Origin: Hyphomonadaceae bacterium
Lineage (GTDB): Bacteria > Pseudomonadota > Alphaproteobacteria > Caulobacterales > Aquidulcibacteraceae
Assembly: GCA_023384105.1 (NCBI GenBank)
Contig: JAHDXR010000002.1
Span: 296,989-360,988 of the forward strand
Length of the DNA: 64,000 bases
Reading direction: 5' to 3'
The notes below the pieces were generated by a model, which made no database searches, was not told the origin of the DNA, and saw nothing but the letters and a program-made list of their open reading frames with translations. Position 1 is the stretch's first letter. Each line of letters begins with the position of its first letter. Below are positions 59,085-64,000 of the stretch, one piece after another. The translations under genes and the position numbers were made by a program.

Positions 59085-60467
59085 ATGCGTTCGAGACTGC
59101 ATCCTGTCATCGCGCTGGTCGCGGGGCTTGCCCTGACCGCCTGCGCGACCGCGCCGGAGACGGAACGGGAGGCCGCCAATGCGCGCGCGCCGTTCGGCTC
59201 CACTTACACGCCGCGCCCGTCGACGCCGACCCTGATCCGCAACGCGACGGTATTTGACGGCAAAGGCGCAGAACTGGCCAACGCCGACGTATTGATGCGC
59301 GATGGCCGCATCGTTGCGGTCGGGCAGAACCTTTCCGCAGATGGCGCCACGGTGGTCGACGGCGCGGGCCGTTTCGTCACCCCCGGCATCATCGACGCGC
59401 ACTCGCACCTCGGCGTTTATCCCTCGCCCGGCATTCAGGCCACCTCCGACGGCAACGAGATCACTCAGCCGAACACCGCCGAGGTCTGGGCCGAGCACTC
59501 GGTCTGGCCGCAGGATCCCGGCTTTCAGCGCGCCGTCGCGGGCGGCGTCACCACGCTGCACGTGCTGCCGGGCTCGGCGAACCTGTTCGGCGGCCGCGGC
59601 GTGACGCTGCGCCCGGTCCTGGGCGCGCGCACCGTGCAGGAGATGAAATTCCCGGACGCGCCGCAATCGCTGAAGATGGCGTGCGGCGAGAACCCCGCGC
59701 GCGTGTACGGCTCACGCAACCAGTCGCCCGCCACCGGCATGGGCAACGTCGCCGGCTATCGCCAGGCGTTCGCCAACGCGCAACGCTACGCGCGCCGGCT
59801 GCGCAACGCCGAAGCGGGACGCGGCGATCCGCCGGATCGCGATCTCGAAATGGAGACGCTGGCCGGCGTCCTCAACGGCGACATCATCCTGCAATGGCAC
59901 TGCTACCGCGCCGACGAAATGGCGAACGCGATCGAAGTGTCGCGCGAGTTCGATTTCGAAATCGCGGCGTTCCATCACGCCGTCGAAGCCTACAAGATCG
60001 CCGATCTTCTGAACGAGGAGGGGATCTGCGCGGCGATGTGGGCCGACTGGTGGGGCTTCAAGATCGAGGCCTATGACGGCATCCGCGAGAACATCCCGTT
60101 CGTGCATGCGAGCGGCGGCTGCGCCATCGTGCATTCCGATAGCGAAGTGGGCATCCAGCGCCTGAACCAGGAAGCGGCGAAAGCGCTGGCCGACGGGCGC
60201 CGCGCCGGCGTCGAGATCAGCCGCGCCGAGGCGTGGACGTGGCTCTCGCGCAATCCCGCGCGGGCGCTGCATATCGACGACGAAACCGGCACGCTGGAGC
60301 CGGGCCGCCGCGCCGATGTCGTGGTGTGGTCGGCCGATCCGCTGTCGAGCTACGCCGTGGCCGAGCGCGTCTATATCGACGGCGCGCTGATTTACGACCG
60401 CAGCCGGATCAACGACCGTCCGTCTGACTTCGAACTCGGCCAGAGCTATCGGGAGAGCATGCAATGA
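59085..60467 (+). CDS. Amidohydrolase family lipoprotein (metal-dependent hydrolase)
   Basis: A lipoprotein signal (MRSRLHPVIALVAGLALTAC), then GRFVTPGIIDAHSHLG (HxH metal motif). RBS GGGAGG upstream. Confidence 0.8.
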   Translation: MRSRLHPVIALVAGLALTACATAPETEREAANARAPFGSTYTPRPSTPTLIRNATVFDGKGAELANADVLMRDGRIVAVGQNLSADGATVVDGAGRFVTPGIIDAHSHLGVYPSPGIQATSDGNEITQPNTAEVWAEHSVWPQDPGFQRAVAGGVTTLHVLPGSANLFGGRGVTLRPVLGARTVQEMKFPDAPQSLKMACGENPARVYGSRNQSPATGMGNVAGYRQAFANAQRYARRLRNAEAGRGDPPDRDLEMETLAGVLNGDIILQWHCYRADEMANAIEVSREFDFEIAAFHHAVEAYKIADLLNEEGICAAMWADWWGFKIEAYDGIRENIPFVHASGGCAIVHSDSEVGIQRLNQEAAKALADGRRAGVEISRAEAWTWLSRNPARALHIDDETGTLEPGRRADVVVWSADPLSSYAVAERVYIDGALIYDRSRINDRPSDFELGQSYRESMQ

Positions 60468-61717
60468 GGGTGTTGTCTGCATTGCTGCTGGCCGCCGCGT
60501 TGGCGACTCCTGTCGCGGCGGAGACGGTGCTGATCCGCGACGGCCGCGTCGTCACCAATGGGACGGCCGGCGTGATCGAGAACGGCGACGTGCTGATCGT
60601 CGACGGCCGCATCAGCGCCGTCGGCGCCAATGTCAATGCGCCGGCGGGCGCGCGCATTGTCGAAGCCAACGGGCGCTACGTGACGCCCGGCGCGTTTGCG
60701 GCCATGAGCGAGATCGGCCTGTCGGAAATCTCCGGCTCCGGCGCGCCGAACGACGCCACCGTCAACAGCGACGATATTTCCGCCGCCGCCGATGCGGGGC
60801 GCGCGTTCAATCCGGCCGTCACCGCCGTTGCGGTCACGCGCATGGAAGGCGTGACGCGCGCGGCGATTGCGCCCTCGCGCACCGGCACTATTTTCGGCGG
60901 CCGCGGCGCGCTGGTCTCGATGGACGGCGAGCCGGACAGTCTTTTCCGCCAGAACGCTTTCATGGTGGTCGAACTGGGCGAGACAGGCGCCAGCCGCGCC
61001 GGCGGTTCGCGCGCGTCGCTGTGGCCGGCGTTCGAGGCGGCGCTGCGCGATGCGCGCGAATACCCGAACCGCTACCGCAGCGGCCAGGGCGGCGCGATCC
61101 TGAGCGAACTCGACGCCGCCGCGCTGCAGCCGTTCGCGCGCGGGCAGGGCTTGTTCCTGGTTCACATCGAGAACGCCGCGGACATCCGCCGCCTGATCCG
61201 CTTCAAGCGGGACAATCCGGGCCTTCGCTTCGCCATCCATGGCGGCGCCGAGGCCTGGCAGGTGGCGGACGAACTGGCGCGCGCGCAAATTCCGGTCATC
61301 GTCGATCCGCTGTCGAACTTGCCGGACCGCTTCGAGCGGCTGTCGGCGCGGCTCGACAACGCCGCGATCCTGGAGCGCGCCGGCGTCGCCGTCGCCATCG
61401 CGCCGGCGCCGGGCAGCGTCGATGCGCATCAGGCGCGGCTCGTGCTCCAACTCGCCGGCAACGCCGTCGCCAACGGCATGGACTGGGGCGCGGCGTTCGC
61501 CGCCGTGTCGCGCACGCCAGCGGAGATTTTCGGCGTCGGCTCGCAAGTGGGGCGGCTTGAACGCAACTATCAGGCTGACGTGGTGATCTGGGACGGCGAT
61601 CCGTTGCAGGTGACGTCGGCGCCGGATGTCGTGTTCATCGAGGGCGTCGAGCGGCCGCTGGCGTCGCGCCAGACGCTGCTGCGTGATCGCTACCATCCCT
61701 CGCGCCGGGAGCCTTGA
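60464..61717 (+). CDS. Amidohydrolase family protein (paralogous partner)
   Basis: A signal peptide, an amidohydrolase-like N-terminal barrel start (GRYVTPG) and C-terminal ADVVIWDGDPL. ATGA overlap with the upstream gene. Confidence 0.7.
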   Translation: MRVLSALLLAAALATPVAAETVLIRDGRVVTNGTAGVIENGDVLIVDGRISAVGANVNAPAGARIVEANGRYVTPGAFAAMSEIGLSEISGSGAPNDATVNSDDISAAADAGRAFNPAVTAVAVTRMEGVTRAAIAPSRTGTIFGGRGALVSMDGEPDSLFRQNAFMVVELGETGASRAGGSRASLWPAFEAALRDAREYPNRYRSGQGGAILSELDAAALQPFARGQGLFLVHIENAADIRRLIRFKRDNPGLRFAIHGGAEAWQVADELARAQIPVIVDPLSNLPDRFERLSARLDNAAILERAGVAVAIAPAPGSVDAHQARLVLQLAGNAVANGMDWGAAFAAVSRTPAEIFGVGSQVGRLERNYQADVVIWDGDPLQVTSAPDVVFIEGVERPLASRQTLLRDRYHPSRREP

Positions 61718-61812
61718 ACGGGGCGTGACGCCGGCCACGATTTGGCCGCGCGGCGCGGCTTAGGTGAGGCGCATGAGACGCGCATTTCTAGCGGGCCTGC
61801 TGGGTCTCGCTC

Positions 61813-62109
61813 TTGCCGCCGGCGCCGGCGGCGCAGCGTTATGCCGGGACCTGGGACTGGCGTTTCGAGACCAGCGCTTTCACCACTGACAACGGCCAGG
61901 GCCCATGGTGGCTGCACGCCGAAGGCGCGGCGTGGGAACAGCTCAACGCGCCCCTGGCCCTGGAAGCCGGCGGCCCATGGGGCCGCGTCCACATCGTGGT
62001 CGAAGGCGAACTGAGCGCGCCGGGACGATACGGCCACTTGGGCGCTTATGAGCGCGAACTCCGCGTCGCCCGCGTCATCGAGGCAAGACGCATCGGCGCT
62101 CCCGGGTGA
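61813..62109 (+). CDS. Hypothetical protein (possibly frameshifted secreted protein starting at 61773)
   Basis: A TTG-started 98-aa ORF. A good signal peptide (MRRAFLAGLLGLALAAGAGGAA) from the ATG at 61773 lies in the adjacent frame and runs into the same GC-rich tract. Confidence 0.4.
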   Translation: MPPAPAAQRYAGTWDWRFETSAFTTDNGQGPWWLHAEGAAWEQLNAPLALEAGGPWGRVHIVVEGELSAPGRYGHLGAYERELRVARVIEARRIGAPG

Positions 62110-62112
62110 CGC

Positions 62113-62841
62113 TCAGCCCGCGGGCCGCACCCCGGCGATCAGATAGTTCATCGAAACGTCGCGGCTCAGCGTCCAGCCCGCGCCGAGCGGCGCATAGCTG
62201 ATCCCGACCGGCTCGTCCCATGTCAGCGCCGGCGCGCCGGCGCGGATCTCCTCCGGCGTCACCAGCTTGTCGTAATCGTGCGCGCCTTCGGGGGCCCATT
62301 TCAGGATGCGTTCGGCGCCGACGATCGCCAAGGCGCGCGCCTTCGGCGTGCGATTGATGGTGGAGAGGATGAGCGCGCCGCCGGGCTTCGCCAGCGCGGC
62401 GGCGGCGGCGAGAAACGCGTTCACATCGGCGACATGCTCGACGATCTCCAGCGCCACGACGAGATCGAACGCCTGGCCGCGTTCGACGAGAGCTTCGGCG
62501 GTGGTTTGCTCGAACGCGATGTCGAGCCCCGCTTGCGACGCATAGGCCTGGGCCGCACCGATCGAATCCGGCGCCGCGTCGATGGCTGTGACGGCGCCGC
62601 CCATCCGCGCCAGCGGCGCGGTGACGAGGCCCCCGCCGCAGCCGAGGTCGAGCACGTCCAGCCCCGCCAGCGGCCGCGCGCGTCTGGTCCCAAAATGACG
62701 CAGCGCGAAGTCGCGGATGAACTGCAGCCGCACTGGGTTGAGCCGGTGCAGCGCCCCGAACGGACCCTTCGGATTCCACCACTCCGCCGCCAGGGCGTTG
62801 AATTTCGCGATTTCCGCGGGGTCGAGCGTGGCGGCGGGCAT
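62113..62841 (-). CDS. ubiG: Bifunctional 3-demethylubiquinol / 2-polyprenyl-6-hydroxyphenol O-methyltransferase
   Basis: FNALAAEWWNPKGPFGALHRLNPVR, SAM motif VLDLGCGGGL, EIVEHV. Confidence 0.9.
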   Translation of the reverse strand: MPAATLDPAEIAKFNALAAEWWNPKGPFGALHRLNPVRLQFIRDFALRHFGTRRARPLAGLDVLDLGCGGGLVTAPLARMGGAVTAIDAAPDSIGAAQAYASQAGLDIAFEQTTAEALVERGQAFDLVVALEIVEHVADVNAFLAAAAALAKPGGALILSTINRTPKARALAIVGAERILKWAPEGAHDYDKLVTPEEIRAGAPALTWDEPVGISYAPLGAGWTLSRDVSMNYLIAGVRPAG

Positions 62842-62972
62842 GGAGTTCAGATCGGCAAGCAGGGCTAAAGGGTCAAGCCCGTATCGCGTCGCGGCGGGGC
62901 ATGCTAAGGCGCGGTCGCGGGGCGGCGCTGCGGCCGTTTCGCTGCTGCAGCAATCGGTCCGGCGTCGCCTAT

Positions 62973-64000
62973 ATGTCTCGTTTGGTGATGAAGTTTGGTG
63001 GCACGTCCGTGGGCGACGTGGACCGCATCGCCCGCGTTGCGCGCCTTGTGGCCGCCGAACGCCGACCGGGGCGCGGACTGGCCGTCGTCGTCTCGGCGAT
63101 GGCCGGCGAGACCGACCGCCTGGTGCAGCTCGCCCGCGCCGCCGGCGGCGAGGGCGGGGCCAGCCCGCCGCTGAGCGGGCGCGAGTTCGACGACGAGTAC
63201 GATGTCGTCGTCTCCTCCGGCGAGCAGGTGACGACCGGCCTGCTGGCGTTGGCGTTGCGGCGGCTCGGCGCGCCGGCGCGGTCGTGGCAGAATTGGCAGA
63301 TTCCGATCCGCACCGACGGCGCCCATTCCAAGGCCCGCATCAGCGACATCCTCGATCGCGACATCGGCGCATCGATCGATTCCGGCGTCGTCGCCGTTGT
63401 TCCGGGCTTTCAAGGCGTCACCGAAGACCGCCGCGTCACCACGCTCGGCCGCGGCGGTTCGGATACGTCCGCCGTCGCGCTGGCTGCCGCCCTGAACGCC
63501 GAGCGCTGCGACATCTACACCGATGTCGACGGCGTCTACACCACTGATCCGCGCATCGTCGCCAGGGCGCGCCGGCTCGAAAAGATCTCATACGAAGAGA
63601 TGCTCGAAATGGCTTCGCTCGGCGCCAAGGTGCTGCAGACGCGGTCGGTGGAGCTTGCTTTCGCCAAGCGCGTGCCGGTGCGCGTGCTCTCCAGTTTTGT
63701 CGAGCCGGGAACGCCGAACCCCGGCACGCTCGTGTGCCCCGAGGATGAGATCGTGGAAAAGCAGGTCGTTTCCGGCGTCGCCTATTCGCGCGACGAAGCG
63801 AAAGTCACGCTGCTGGGCGTGGAGGACCATCCAGGCGTCGCCGCAGACATTTTCGGCCGCCTTGCCGATGCGAACGTCAACGTGGACATGATCGTCCAGA
63901 GCGAGGCGCGCCAGGAAGGCCGCCAGAACATCGTGTTCACCTGTCCGGAACGGGACGCCGCGCGCGCCGCCCAGACGGTCGAAGCCGTCCGCGAGAAGAT
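62973..64000 (+). CDS. lysC: Aspartate kinase (3-prime end outside window)
   Basis: My own translation from the ATG at 62973 gives MSRLVMKFGGTSVGDVDRIARVA...VVVSAMAGETDRLV...GRGGSDTSAVALAAAL...IYTDVDGVYTTDPRIV...ASLGAKVLQ, and an ACT domain begins. The frame is open to the window end, which would explain why it is missing from the ORF track. Confidence 0.9.
   Translation, partial: MSRLVMKFGGTSVGDVDRIARVARLVAAERRPGRGLAVVVSAMAGETDRLVQLARAAGGEGGASPPLSGREFDDEYDVVVSSGEQVTTGLLALALRRLGAPARSWQNWQIPIRTDGAHSKARISDILDRDIGASIDSGVVAVVPGFQGVTEDRRVTTLGRGGSDTSAVALAAALNAERCDIYTDVDGVYTTDPRIVARARRLEKISYEEMLEMASLGAKVLQTRSVELAFAKRVPVRVLSSFVEPGTPNPGTLVCPEDEIVEKQVVSGVAYSRDEAKVTLLGVEDHPGVAADIFGRLADANVNVDMIVQSEARQEGRQNIVFTCPERDAARAAQTVEAVREK

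Overview
High-G+C alphaproteobacterial (Rhizobiales/Hyphomicrobiales-like) chromosomal segment, almost entirely housekeeping and densely coded. In order: 3-prime end of hppA; bamE; a Cbp3-like chaperone; plsX-fabH-ihfA; a lower-G+C accessory block of about 6 kb (aldehyde dehydrogenase, M20 amidohydrolase, TonB-dependent receptor, AraC regulator) abutting tRNA-Pro(GGG); otsB-GH15-otsA; ctaA; rplM-rpsI; argC; phaC; an aminotransferase-hom-glpX-recJ run; a tRNA-rich stretch (Glu, Pro, Val, Asp) interleaved with small genes and a Kv-like K+ channel; the complete nuoA-N operon; birA-coaX-rnj-mce-DUF1467-proS-lolCD-dnaE; two amidohydrolases; ubiG; and the 5-prime part of lysC. I found no CRISPR array, integrase, transposase or recognisable defence system. 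The points most worth a second look are these. (1) All four genes of the accessory block carry lesions, so it looks like a decaying island at a tRNA 3-prime end. (2) The nuo operon carries six extra reading frames. One is a low-G+C four-helix-bundle (Avd / 23S-IVS protein family) gene flanked by inverted repeats between nuoC and nuoD, four are frames coupled by start/stop overlap, and one is a DUF2283-like remnant. (3) A Kv-like channel carries a C-terminal zinc ribbon, and its stop codon lies inside tRNA-Val. (4) Several REP/BIME/MITE-like repeat families are present. (5) An archaeal/Thermus-type ProRS sits in the usual proS slot. (6) PhaC carries a Pro/Ala/Lys-rich N-terminal extension. All calls come from reading the sequence and the ORF translations. 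No database search was run, and G+C statements are spot counts of single 60-nt lines only.
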